Translations under genes and position numbers: made by a program | From: a virus | Taxonomy: Duplodnaviria > Caudoviricetes | Strand: one strand, 5' to 3' | Length of the DNA: 64,000 nucleotides | Virus record (IMG/VR): IMGVR_UViG_3300021963_000022 | Shown here: piece by piece, positions 47,810-56,458 of the stretch | Layout: each line of letters opens with the position of its first letter | Numbering within the stretch: the first letter of the stretch is position 1 | The notes under the pieces: generated by a model | Told to the model about the DNA's origin: nothing | Seen by the model: the letters and a program-made list of their open reading frames with translations, nothing else | Database searches by the model: none

Positions 47810-48193
47810 TTAGTTAGTGCTATTAACTGCTTCGAGCACTTGCTCGGCAGTAACTTCTTTTTTCTTGCCACGTGCTTTGATAGATTCCAAGCTTGGCTTA
47901 GCACTTTTAGAAGTCTTAACTTTGACTTCTCCCTTATTGGACTCTTTAGTGCGGTCCTCAATTGCATCACCAATCAATGATTGATCGGATGCTGACTGGA
48001 AATCTGCGTGAGTTTCCAAATACTTGAGTGCTTCAAGTTTAGTCATTTCTGTAGGCAACTCTACCAAGTCAATACGACTTGCGCCACCTTTAGAGAATTG
48101 TTTGATACGGCGTACCATGTCATCAGTAAAACGCACTTTAGCGTTACCGTTGTGAATAGTAATACCGGCGACTTTGAAAGTTTGATTAGCCAT
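47810..48193 (-). CDS. Hypothetical protein
   Basis: AAGGA RBS. Confidence 0.75.
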   Translation of the reverse strand: MANQTFKVAGITIHNGNAKVRFTDDMVRRIKQFSKGGASRIDLVELPTEMTKLEALKYLETHADFQSASDQSLIGDAIEDRTKESNKGEVKVKTSKSAKPSLESIKARGKKKEVTAEQVLEAVNSTN

Positions 48194-48257
48194 TTGAGTT
48201 TCCTTTGAAGTTTAAGCTAAGTTTAAAAATGTACTGATATTGCTCAGTACTGTTATA

Positions 48258-48286
48258 ATGATAACACAAATGGAGTTTATTGTCAA
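48258..48286 (-). promoter_or_regulatory. sigma70 promoter
   Basis: TTGACA-ATAAAC...-TATCAT, 17 bp spacer. Confidence 0.7.
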
Positions 48287-48304
48287 CCATGTGTGTTACC
48301 AAAA

Positions 48305-48451
48305 TTAGTATGACTCACCCAATAATTGAGCACGTCCGATCGGGCTCATACCACGACCTAGGTTTTCCGCATCCCAGCAGGTATAGCCGGGAAGTTCAAT
48401 ATCATTCCAACGACTCTCTGATAAGAAAAGGCGCACACGAAACATTTTCAT
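48305..48451 (-). CDS. 48 aa protein
   Basis: GGAGA RBS; start placed at 48451. Confidence 0.6.
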   Translation of the reverse strand: MKMFRVRLFLSESRWNDIELPGYTCWDAENLGRGMSPIGRAQLLGESY

Positions 48452-48452
48452 T

Positions 48453-48869
48453 TTATTTCTCCAAGATATAAGGTTTATCCCATTTGCCGATGTTAACATC
48501 AACATAGTAGGCAGTGTTGAAATAATCGGTCATTGCATCCGATTCGTCATACCAATCGGCAGCTTTTAATGCCTTGAATGCTTCGGTCAAGAATGCCTTA
48601 GCCTTGCCATCATAGTGATCTTGGAACCAGTAAGGGTTAACTTGATCATAGCCATTAGTATTGGGCTTGAATCCACGAGCTACTTGATAGTGGTCATTGC
48701 CACAAACACGATTGCTGTTACCGATAAAGTCAATAGCACCGGATTTGAGGGTTAAAACAATAGTCATGTGACTACGGACACTCAAGGATCCTTTAACTTT
48801 ATACTTAGCCAAGATTGGCTTGAGTGCTTGTGCAATCTTTGCTTTGCGTTCTTGATTCATGTAAGCCAT
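48453..48869 (-). CDS. Hypothetical early protein
   Basis: Follows promoter repeat; DAMTDYF...YY. Confidence 0.8.
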   Translation of the reverse strand: MAYMNQERKAKIAQALKPILAKYKVKGSLSVRSHMTIVLTLKSGAIDFIGNSNRVCGNDHYQVARGFKPNTNGYDQVNPYWFQDHYDGKAKAFLTEAFKALKAADWYDESDAMTDYFNTAYYVDVNIGKWDKPYILEK

Positions 48870-48931
48870 TTCGTATTCCTTTGTTTAACTGTTTAAGATT
48901 CTATTGTAGCACAATGCCCATTTATTGTCAA
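48870..48931 (-). promoter_or_regulatory. Early promoter/RBS repeat, copy 9
   Basis: Reverse complement TTGACAATAAATGGGCATTGTGCTACAATAGAATCTTAAACAGTT; near-identical to copy 7. Confidence 0.9.
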
Positions 48932-48932
48932 A

Positions 48933-49064
48933 TTATTGTTCCATCGGATCACCAAGAAAATACTCGGTTACATAGGTGACAACAATGTCTTTGCCGGAAT
49001 GAATACGCAAGTACTCACCTAGAGCTTCTACATTGCGGAACAAATAACCATTTGCTTTGTACAT
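48933..49064 (-). CDS. 43 aa early cassette protein
   Basis: MYKANGYLFRNVEALGEYLRIHSGKDIVVTYVTEYFLGDPMEQ between two promoters; GAGGA RBS. Confidence 0.7.
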   Translation of the reverse strand: MYKANGYLFRNVEALGEYLRIHSGKDIVVTYVTEYFLGDPMEQ

Positions 49065-49126
49065 TTCTTAGTCCTCTTTATCAGTTTCAATACAAGTATT
49101 GTAGCACAGGATCCATTTATTGTCAA
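49065..49126 (-). promoter_or_regulatory. Early promoter repeat, copy 10
   Basis: TTGACAATAAATGG-...-TACAAT. Confidence 0.85.
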
Positions 49127-49255
49127 ATTTCACTAAATTCGCTAGAACTGTATCAGTATAGATTCCTGAGAATCCTAGCGATTTTGAAGCACCGGGACGG
49201 TGAAAATGAGTACTTTTGTATGCAAAAAAGTACTACGAAAGTACTAAAATTAGGG

Positions 49256-49423
49256 TCAACTATTGACGGTATTGTACGGGGTATAATCTTCTTCTAGGTC
49301 ATAAACCGCAGCCTGATACACCCAAGAAACCGGGATTTCTAGCATCCTAGCAATTGTTACAGGGTTAGTACCCACTAACAATAGGTTGCGGATTTCAATA
49401 TCCAAGTCTGCCATTTTACTCAT
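49256..49423 (-). CDS. 55 aa protein, HTH-like
   Basis: MSKMADLDIEIRNLLLVGTNPVTIARMLEIPVSWVY...; TAATG-coupled. Confidence 0.6.
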   Translation of the reverse strand: MSKMADLDIEIRNLLLVGTNPVTIARMLEIPVSWVYQAAVYDLEEDYTPYNTVNS

Positions 49424-49698
49424 TACAAAACCTCCAACATGTTAGCGGGCACTTTCCAACTACGGAAGTTAGCCGGCTCATCTACAATAATAAATTTACG
49501 ATTGATTTTCTTTACAACACCGGAGATTGCACCGCGCTTTGAACTAGAGAATTTAACATTAGATCCAACTGTCAATGCCGATTTGTTACGCACCACTAAT
49601 TGGGCACGGGCAAAACGCATTGCATCACCGATGCTATTCAATTCTTCGTTAGTGAAGTCACCCTGCATGATAGCAGTATTAATTTGCTTGATGTTCAT
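49423..49698 (-). CDS. Hypothetical early protein, SH3-like C-terminus
   Basis: AAGGAG RBS within promoter repeat. Confidence 0.8.
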   Translation of the reverse strand: MNIKQINTAIMQGDFTNEELNSIGDAMRFARAQLVVRNKSALTVGSNVKFSSSKRGAISGVVKKINRKFIIVDEPANFRSWKVPANMLEVL

Positions 49699-49756
49699 TT
49701 GAACTCCTTTTGACTGAATAAGACTCTATTATATACCCAAACCGATTTATTGTCAA
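49699..49756 (-). promoter_or_regulatory. Early promoter/RBS repeat, copy 11
   Basis: TATAATAGAGTCTTATTCAGTCAAAAGGAG identical to copy 5. Confidence 0.9.
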
Positions 49757-49760
49757 CCTT

Positions 49761-50000
49761 TTATTGTTTGATGTTTTTCATTGCATTTTCCATGTCTTCC
49801 AGATGCTTGCGATACTGGATACGGCCAAGATTGATATTGTACATCACATAGACTAGTATTGCAATACAAAATGAGATTCCGATATATGGAATCGCTGTTG
49901 CGGGAATGAGGGTAAGCAAATAAACTGTAGCACACCCTGCTATTGCGGCGAGTGCAATTTCTTTTGCAGTTTGTGCGACTGCTTGTGTTTTATCTGACAT
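49761..50000 (-). CDS. Two-TM small protein
   Basis: Hydrophobic segments; AAGGA RBS. Confidence 0.7.
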   Translation of the reverse strand: MSDKTQAVAQTAKEIALAAIAGCATVYLLTLIPATAIPYIGISFCIAILVYVMYNINLGRIQYRKHLEDMENAMKNIKQ

Positions 50001-50032
50001 GTTGAATTTCCTTTCTAAATTTCAATGCAAAT

Positions 50033-50061
50033 ATTATAGCACCAAAAGGATTTAATGTCAA
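50033..50061 (-). promoter_or_regulatory. sigma70 promoter
   Basis: TTGACA-17-TATAAT; upstream gene's TGA inside the -35. Confidence 0.85.
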
Positions 50062-50267
50062 CCTTTTAGTTTATGAATTAGTTCATTGTAATAAGATCCG
50101 GGTAATTCTTGTAGTGCATCTAGGAGCAATGCTTCAATCCTTCCGGTAACATACAATGCCGCATCTATTCTATTGCCTGGACGGCGATCCAAACAAGACT
50201 TAAACTGCCTAGATATAAATTCATCTACCAGTTGTTTGTGTAGTTCTTTTTTGGTAACGTCTTTCAT
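50058..50267 (-). CDS. Hypothetical protein
   Basis: GAGG RBS; coupled. Confidence 0.7.
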   Translation of the reverse strand: MKDVTKKELHKQLVDEFISRQFKSCLDRRPGNRIDAALYVTGRIEALLLDALQELPGSYYNELIHKLKG

Positions 50268-50422
50268 ACAAGTACCTCTCGGTTTGGATGTTTGTCTTTA
50301 CGACGGTATTGTACTTTGGATTGTACAACCTTAGGTTTGAACGGAGTGTTGCTACAAAACAACACTTTGTGGGCCCGATGTTTGGGCTGTTCAATAGTGA
50401 ATGATATAGTTCTTCGTTTCAT
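50264..50422 (-). CDS. 52 aa ArfA-like basic peptide
   Basis: PFKPKVVQSKVQYRRKDKHPNR resembles ArfA PLFRQRV...YMRKGKHGNR (ArfA recalled from memory). Confidence 0.5.
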   Translation of the reverse strand: MKRRTISFTIEQPKHRAHKVLFCSNTPFKPKVVQSKVQYRRKDKHPNREVLV

Positions 50423-50429
50423 AATGCGT

Positions 50430-50458
50430 ATTATAGCATAGAAACATATTTATGTCAA
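50430..50458 (-). promoter_or_regulatory. sigma70 promoter, probably leaderless transcript
   Basis: TTGACA-17-TATAAT, ATG 7 nt downstream. Confidence 0.8.
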
Positions 50459-51552
50459 CTTTCGGAAATACCTTGGTAGTTCTGTAGTAGTTTTTGTATT
50501 GCTGAATTTGCATCAGTACCATTACGTAGAGCCTCTGCTACATCATCAATGAATTCTGTTTGGAAGTCTTGTTTTGTTTCTGGACTTAAGCTACGATATT
50601 TTGCGGCTACTGCACTATTTGCTGTCATATGTTTGTTCCACAATTCTTGTGCATGACCACTACTTTGTGACATTTGACTTTGTTGTTGCTGTTGTTGAGC
50701 CTGTTGTTCCTTATCCTGTTTTACTTTGTTTGCACGTTGAATATACTTAAAGCGATTAGGATCCTTCTTCTTCAAGTCAGTGCGGCTAGCATGGTACTTA
50801 TCTGTTACAGGTCTAAACTGCCCACCATATGGATTGAACAATAAGAACTCTGCATCCTCATCACTTAGATTGCCTATCCCCTTTTGTACATCACTTTGTA
50901 GTTGCTTGATGCCTTTATTATATGCATCATAGTCTGCACCTGTTAATGTATTTGCAGGGAAATCATTATCCATATCAATTTGTGGATAGTTGGCTGAATC
51001 TTTGCTATGTAAGTAGTTCATACCTTTAGCAGTAAATTGGTCTAGTATAAAAGCTCCCTTACCCGGACGTAAAAAGTATAATACCTTTGTAAAGAAACTT
51101 ACACCTAACCCAGGAAGTAATTGTAGTTTACGCAATCTTTGAATCAGGTCAAATGCTTGTGCATTTGTTAGATCACCAAAACGTATTTCGTTTAATGCAT
51201 TGTTGACTTGTCGTCTTGCTTCTTTGTCGTTCTTTAATTTCTTGTACAGTAGTTTGGGGTTGTTAGCACGATTGACCATACCGCCCCAGGCCATAATATA
51301 GAATAACAATTTTAAACTACTATTAGCTTTATCGGCAACCATTGCTTTAACTTCAGGCTTACTGTTTGTAGTAGTTGGATAGTTTTGTGGATTGTTCATT
51401 CCAGAAACAGATGCTAAACGACTAGGGTTATACTTTGCAGGTCCCCTGGCATCCATATATTTGTTACCTTGTGGATCGCTTTGTTGAAGCATTTTCCACT
51501 CGGCTTTTAATAATTTTAAATCTTGTTTGTCAAGCACTTCATTAATACGCAT
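50455..51552 (-). CDS. OGG-like HhH DNA glycosylase-domain protein
   Basis: IMAWGG, LPGLGVSFFTKVLYF, ILDQF; N-terminus MRINEVL; Q-rich tail. Confidence 0.6.
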   Translation of the reverse strand: MRINEVLDKQDLKLLKAEWKMLQQSDPQGNKYMDARGPAKYNPSRLASVSGMNNPQNYPTTTNSKPEVKAMVADKANSSLKLLFYIMAWGGMVNRANNPKLLYKKLKNDKEARRQVNNALNEIRFGDLTNAQAFDLIQRLRKLQLLPGLGVSFFTKVLYFLRPGKGAFILDQFTAKGMNYLHSKDSANYPQIDMDNDFPANTLTGADYDAYNKGIKQLQSDVQKGIGNLSDEDAEFLLFNPYGGQFRPVTDKYHASRTDLKKKDPNRFKYIQRANKVKQDKEQQAQQQQQQSQMSQSSGHAQELWNKHMTANSAVAAKYRSLSPETKQDFQTEFIDDVAEALRNGTDANSAIQKLLQNYQGISES

Positions 51553-51580
51553 ATAGTATTTATTCTACTATGTATTAATC

Positions 51581-51865
51581 CTATAGTAGTCTGAATAGGG
51601 CAACACTGTCTATGGTTGTAAGTAACAAATAATTTGCCAACATACCAAAACTGTTACGTGACCAAGCCGCCCAAGCATACATACCACAACTAGCAATAGT
51701 TAGTGTAAGATACCATATAAAAGGAACAGCAGGTACAGAACTTGCAAACCAAATTGCTGCACCTATGCTCATGGACCAAGCTAAGGTTTCTATTACAAAT
51801 CTAATTGGATTACTTTTCCAATCCTCTTTGATCCAATTAACTGTACCAGATAATATATTGGTCAT
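51581..51865 (-). CDS. Small multi-TM protein
   Basis: Three hydrophobic helices. Confidence 0.7.
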   Translation of the reverse strand: MTNILSGTVNWIKEDWKSNPIRFVIETLAWSMSIGAAIWFASSVPAVPFIWYLTLTIASCGMYAWAAWSRNSFGMLANYLLLTTIDSVALFRLL

Positions 51866-52161
51866 TGACTACAGGTTCGTTCTCTGTATAAACGACCATC
51901 TGCTGTTTGAATCTCTTTCCACTCAGTACAAATTAATGGCTGAGGTGATTGTTGAATGACAACAGGTTGTTGGACAACTATTGGTTGTTGACGTCCTAAT
52001 TCATAACTTATGGCACCAATTACTATAGGTGCTACCCACCAACCCATGCCCGGTCCACGATGATAGCCACCATGGTGACCGTGATGACGGAATCCATGAT
52101 GTTGTGCTACTGCTGAACCTGCTAATACTAATAGTGATATTGCTACTATAATTTTTTTCAT
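51862..52161 (-). CDS. Secreted His/Gly-rich protein
   Basis: Signal peptide, HHGFRHHGHHGG, CxxW...RTC. Confidence 0.7.
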   Translation of the reverse strand: MKKIIVAISLLVLAGSAVAQHHGFRHHGHHGGYHRGPGMGWWVAPIVIGAISYELGRQQPIVVQQPVVIQQSPQPLICTEWKEIQTADGRLYRERTCSQ

Positions 52162-52188
52162 AGTATTCTCCTATATATGTATAACGTA

Positions 52189-52365
52189 TTACTCAAGTGT
52201 TCCGTTGACTTTGTGTAAGTCAATTGCTTCTTGTAATACAAGTTCTACCATTTTATTTAGCGTAATGTCACGCTTGTGTGCTTCCATAGCTAACTGATAG
52301 ATGTCATGTTCATCTAAATTCAATTCGATTTCGACTCTATTATCTTCTTTTACTGGTTCTGTCAT
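52189..52365 (-). CDS. Small ribbon-helix-helix-like protein
   Basis: LAMEAHKRDITLNKMVELVL; start placed at 52365. Confidence 0.55.
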   Translation of the reverse strand: MTEPVKEDNRVEIELNLDEHDIYQLAMEAHKRDITLNKMVELVLQEAIDLHKVNGTLE

Positions 52366-52582
52366 TTTTCTTCCTTGATTTTTTTGCAACCTCTACTAAA
52401 GGAGCAATGTTGTTGTCATAAATTTGAGCCATAGTTCTATATAACCCTGTGCGTTCTTGGGGCGTCATTCCAGCACACCAAGGTGGGTCATTCGGATCCC
52501 TGTCTAATCCATAATCATGTCTATATGTTAGACACATATCATGGATAATTTTCTCACGGTTATTGGAATCTATATTAATCAC
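52340..52582 (-). CDS. Hypothetical protein
   Basis: IHDMCLTYRHDYGL. Confidence 0.7.
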   Translation of the reverse strand: MINIDSNNREKIIHDMCLTYRHDYGLDRDPNDPPWCAGMTPQERTGLYRTMAQIYDNNIAPLVEVAKKSRKKNDRTSKRR

Positions 52583-52682
52583 AATTTATGTAAAGCTAAG
52601 ATAACAAGTAGTGCCACCGTACAAATTATACTTTCAGGAACATACACACTTTTAATTATCATTTTCTTCTTTCATTTAAATT

Positions 52683-52711
52683 ATTATACACATAAACTAA
52701 TATATTGTCAA
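52683..52711 (-). promoter_or_regulatory. sigma70 promoter
   Basis: TTGACA-17-TATAAT abutting the upstream TAG stop. Confidence 0.8.
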
Positions 52712-52957
52712 CTAGTTTAACAATCTTTTGGGCATATTAGGATTTTCATCTTCTTCCAAAGCTTGGGCTAAAGTTTCCAAATCCTCATCTCCCAACTCAT
52801 CCAAATCAATTTCTAATGCTTCATCCATGAGTTCACCGGACTCAACTAGTCTAGTAAGTTCAGAAACAAGGTCGTCTAGTTCTTCCTGTGTTCCATCAAA
52901 GTTATCAAAGCACCCGGGTGCAAATTCAATCTTAAGAGGTTTCTTTTCTTCTGTCAT
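52712..52957 (-). CDS. Acidic hypothetical protein
   Basis: FAPGCFD.FDGTQEELD. Confidence 0.75.
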   Translation of the reverse strand: MTEEKKPLKIEFAPGCFDNFDGTQEELDDLVSELTRLVESGELMDEALEIDLDELGDEDLETLAQALEEDENPNMPKRLLN

Positions 52958-52964
52958 AATCTAA

Positions 52965-53192
52965 TTATCTCCATGCGTTAAATAAACCTAATAAACAAGT
53001 GACAATAGCCACAATATTTACTACTAATTGTGGACGATTCTTTACACGTATAGTCCATATCATAAACATAATTGTACCTAATGTAAATGCTACAATGTTG
53101 TAGGGATAAACACTAGGTCCAATTGAATTACATACATGCCCAGCAATAATGAATACTGCACCTATCCATTGCAGGGTATCGTTTAATTTCAT
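52965..53192 (-). CDS. Small three-TM protein
   Basis: Hydrophobic. Confidence 0.7.
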   Translation of the reverse strand: MKLNDTLQWIGAVFIIAGHVCNSIGPSVYPYNIVAFTLGTIMFMIWTIRVKNRPQLVVNIVAIVTCLLGLFNAWR

Positions 53193-53407
53193 TCTTCAAT
53201 GCCTAAAATTTCTATAACTTCATCAATCTCTAACAGTTCAATATCATAATATTCAGTGGTAAAATTTGACTCCACGTCTGAATATAATTTCTTAGTCATT
53301 TCATTGCGGTACATTTCTAATGCATCTCTAATAATATTGCGGTTAGATACTGACAAGGTTATGTTTTTATAATCTTGTAATTCAAAAGAATATTGTGCTA
53401 TGTTCAT
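53189..53407 (-). CDS. Hypothetical protein
   Basis: Coupled at both ends. Confidence 0.65.
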   Translation of the reverse strand: MNIAQYSFELQDYKNITLSVSNRNIIRDALEMYRNEMTKKLYSDVESNFTTEYYDIELLEIDEVIEILGIEE

Positions 53408-53745
53408 TATTTTACTCCAAAAGTGTTTAATGCAGGTTGCATTGTGTTAATTAATTCTGTCTCACGGCTATGTGCTGGCTTCTTACCACGCACAACCTCG
53501 ATGACTCCAAATATAAAACTCTCGGCACCACGTTCACATAGGGCACGTGACAAACCCCAGTTTTTGTTCTCAGTCAAGGCACGTTGCATATGTTTTTGCA
53601 TACGACGGCGTAGTGTCAAAAACACATTGCCTTTATATGACAATGCAGTTAAGCCGATATAATACTCAAATGTTACAACATCTTGGATGTAGTAAATCAC
53701 TTGGTTACGATCGGTCCTACGTTTGCGGGTGCTTTTTGAGTTCAT
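53407..53745 (-). CDS. GIY-YIG family protein
   Basis: VIYYI...YYIG.T...R...H...E.ELI. Confidence 0.75.
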   Translation of the reverse strand: MNSKSTRKRRTDRNQVIYYIQDVVTFEYYIGLTALSYKGNVFLTLRRRMQKHMQRALTENKNWGLSRALCERGAESFIFGVIEVVRGKKPAHSRETELINTMQPALNTFGVK

Positions 53746-53751
53746 GTATGT

Positions 53752-53780
53752 ATTGTAGCACCATTACGAATTATTGTCAA
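53752..53780 (-). promoter_or_regulatory. sigma70 promoter, probably leaderless transcript
   Basis: TTGACA-17-TACAAT, ATG 6 nt downstream. Confidence 0.8.
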
Positions 53781-53781
53781 G

Positions 53782-54219
53782 TTAGTGGTGGCCAACTAAT
53801 TCCAATGCTTCTTTGAAGATTTTTTGTTGTCTATTTACAACATCTAATTCCCATGGTAGATTCTGATATTCCTCATAACTCATTTCTTCCGGAAGTTTCT
53901 TAGTATAGGGAATACCATGCCAATAACACATACCATTTTGTGCTATTCTCAATTTACCAGTATGTTTCTGATTAATATGTATTAACTCATGGGTTAATAC
54001 TTTAGGTAATGATTCATAACTAATATTATAGTTAATACCCAATCTATTATCTTTAAACTTATCTATTCCACCATATACATTATGTTCTAATGGATATAAA
54101 CAAACTTCTAATGATTCAGGTAATTCTATTATCTTTGATATTGCAGTAGCAAACGAGGTTATAATAACTTCGTGTTTATAGCTTTGCTGATTGTTTTTGT
54201 AAAAGAATCTAATATACAC
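53782..54219 (-). CDS. HExxH metallopeptidase-like protein
   Basis: LTHELIHINQ...LPWE. Confidence 0.7.
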   Translation of the reverse strand: MYIRFFYKNNQQSYKHEVIITSFATAISKIIELPESLEVCLYPLEHNVYGGIDKFKDNRLGINYNISYESLPKVLTHELIHINQKHTGKLRIAQNGMCYWHGIPYTKKLPEEMSYEEYQNLPWELDVVNRQQKIFKEALELVGHH

Positions 54220-54222
54220 AGA

Positions 54223-54690
54223 TTAGTTAGTATCTTCTGTTACTTTAAATCGGTTTGAATATTCATAGTTAACTGTATCTAGATTCTCACGGAAAACAAT
54301 AGCCCCATTACGTAAGTGAAATCTTCTAGCCATTTCAGTTTTAGGACTTAATGTAACAAATCTAGTAACACTAGGATATTCACGTTGAATGCCTTTTACT
54401 GCTTCAATTAATAACTCTTGACCTTTACCTGCTTTATAACTCCATATTGTGTAGAATACTGCAGTGGTCGGGACTGTTGCAGTAGTCTGCAAATCTGTAG
54501 TGTCTTGTGGTACAAAATCATGGAAACTAACACAAACCATCGCTTCTGGATTGTCTGCATTATCGTCGGTTAGTGCGGCAACCATTCTGCCGTTGCTGAC
54601 TCTAAAGTCAGTTGGTATTTCAGGCCGAACGGGATCGTCCTTAATGAAATCAAGTAGTTTATTAGTGAGGTCTTTGATGAAGTGGAGCAT
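54223..54690 (-). CDS. Hypothetical protein, GNAT-like C-terminus
   Basis: FYTIWSY..G.G...VTLSP...A.RFH..NGA. Confidence 0.55.
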   Translation of the reverse strand: MLHFIKDLTNKLLDFIKDDPVRPEIPTDFRVSNGRMVAALTDDNADNPEAMVCVSFHDFVPQDTTDLQTTATVPTTAVFYTIWSYKAGKGQELLIEAVKGIQREYPSVTRFVTLSPKTEMARRFHLRNGAIVFRENLDTVNYEYSNRFKVTEDTN

Positions 54691-54728
54691 AGTAAATGTA
54701 TTTAGTCATAGCGCATAAAATACATATA

Positions 54729-55493
54729 TTATGCACTATAAATTGTGTTTAAGAATTTTTCAACGATAATTTGTCGTTCTTTTTTAGTTTTAGCACCAAG
54801 CACAGTTATGTTATAAAGTTGGTTGTTTGATGTGACTAACAAAGTGATGCAGAATCCCGCTGCCTTAGTAAAGCCAGTTTTGATGGTGACAATACCCTCA
54901 CGTCCAGAGAATGTGCTAGTAGAATTGCTAGTAATCTTTAGTTGTTTCTTTCCCTTTGTAGTGTAAGCTGTAACTGATTTAACTTTTGCGGCATCTTTGA
55001 CTATATCGAACTCATATACTGCTTTGGTCAACAATACAATATCATTGATAGAACTATAGTTCATAGGACTTAACCCTGTAGGTTCAACAAATCTAGTATT
55101 GACCATGTTTAACTCTACTGTATGCTGATTCATTCTATTTATAAAATAGCTATATCCATACACAAAGTTTTCTGCTAGTGTTTGTGCCGCTAAGTTATCA
55201 CTTCCCACAAGTGCTAGATTAATCAAATCTAGTCTGGATAACGCTATTCCCTTGACTAATTTAGTATTGGGTGTAGTTTTACCAGTTACTGTAAGCTTTT
55301 CATGTAGGTCTTGATTCTCTTTAAGAACAGTATAAACCGTCATTAACTTGCTAATACTAGCAATACTCAGTTCATCATGGTCTAATGACCCTTCCACAAC
55401 ACGGTTGTTTGTTACGTCATACATCACCTTTGTAGTTGCGGAAAACGCAAATACGGGCAATAGTAAGAATAATGCTAGAATGATTTTGTTCAT
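54729..55493 (-). CDS. D-Ala-D-Ala peptidase S11 (PBP7/PbpG-like)
   Basis: Signal peptide; SISK (SxxK), SDN (SxN), KTG; start placed at 55493. Confidence 0.88.
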   Translation of the reverse strand: MNKIILALFLLLPVFAFSATTKVMYDVTNNRVVEGSLDHDELSIASISKLMTVYTVLKENQDLHEKLTVTGKTTPNTKLVKGIALSRLDLINLALVGSDNLAAQTLAENFVYGYSYFINRMNQHTVELNMVNTRFVEPTGLSPMNYSSINDIVLLTKAVYEFDIVKDAAKVKSVTAYTTKGKKQLKITSNSTSTFSGREGIVTIKTGFTKAAGFCITLLVTSNNQLYNITVLGAKTKKERQIIVEKFLNTIYSA

Positions 55494-55558
55494 AATATAT
55501 TTAGTGTATCTTATTAAGTGCGAATTGTCAATAGATAAGGTTAAGAATAAATACATAT

Positions 55559-56458
55559 ATGAACAATTATGAGCATTTTTCAAAGCTATGTGAGAGCATA
55601 GTAACAGAGGTTAGTACTGCTATGGCTGAGTTTAAAGGGCCCGGGGCACAGGAAGTACTAAAGTATCTACATCAAAGTCAAGCTTTTGGGCATGATGTTG
55701 ATATCAGACCATTAGCTAGACCAAAGTGGGCAGACCTTAGAAGTCCAGACTATGCTGATTCATGGTTTTTAATTTCAGGTACTAAAGGGTTTGTAGCGGC
55801 AAAATTTGCAAAAGGATCTTATCGTAATACTGGGACATTTATGATATTTGCTAGTAATGGTACACCTGATCCTGAAGAGGGTAACATAGTATATTCTACT
55901 ACAATAGATTCAGCGGTAGAGGCTAACAATTATGTCAAGTCTTTTATCGGTGATGCTAAAAAATATTATATAGCCCGATCAGAATATTCAACAACTTTGC
56001 GTAATACACGAAAAGCAAATAAACCCACAGAGATAAGCGATATGCATGTGGTCAGTAACAAGCTAGTGCAAAGATTCAAGCCGTTGTTTAACAAAATATT
56101 AGTTGCATCTAGGGCTGATGTTAACGGTGTCATTAGTTCTATGGTAAAGAATGATGCACATCATCGTGCAGAAAAGAAGATTGAGCATTTAAATCTAATA
56201 GATAGAAGTATTGATGAATTACAAGACGGGCAAATATCAGATTTTCTTAAAGATGCTGTAGGTAATAGTTTAATGATGACAGCAAGATACTACTACCCCG
56301 ATAAAACAGGTAACATTAGTAGCTCATATGGATATCGCAATTATGCATACTCATCTGAAAGTTCCGAAGGTGTTAAACAAGTATTAAAAGACATTCAATC
56401 TGGTGATAGACAAAAACTAAGTGCCGTACTTGCCTATCTAAAGAGGAGTTTAATATAA
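55559..56458 (+). CDS. Hypothetical late protein
   Basis: TAAATA 5 nt upstream. Confidence 0.75.
   Translation: MNNYEHFSKLCESIVTEVSTAMAEFKGPGAQEVLKYLHQSQAFGHDVDIRPLARPKWADLRSPDYADSWFLISGTKGFVAAKFAKGSYRNTGTFMIFASNGTPDPEEGNIVYSTTIDSAVEANNYVKSFIGDAKKYYIARSEYSTTLRNTRKANKPTEISDMHVVSNKLVQRFKPLFNKILVASRADVNGVISSMVKNDAHHRAEKKIEHLNLIDRSIDELQDGQISDFLKDAVGNSLMMTARYYYPDKTGNISSSYGYRNYAYSSESSEGVKQVLKDIQSGDRQKLSAVLAYLKRSLI

Noticed and set aside
49263-49287. Plus-strand promoter TTGACG...TATAAT
   Set aside because: The spacer is only 13 bp and it lies antisense within a small ORF.
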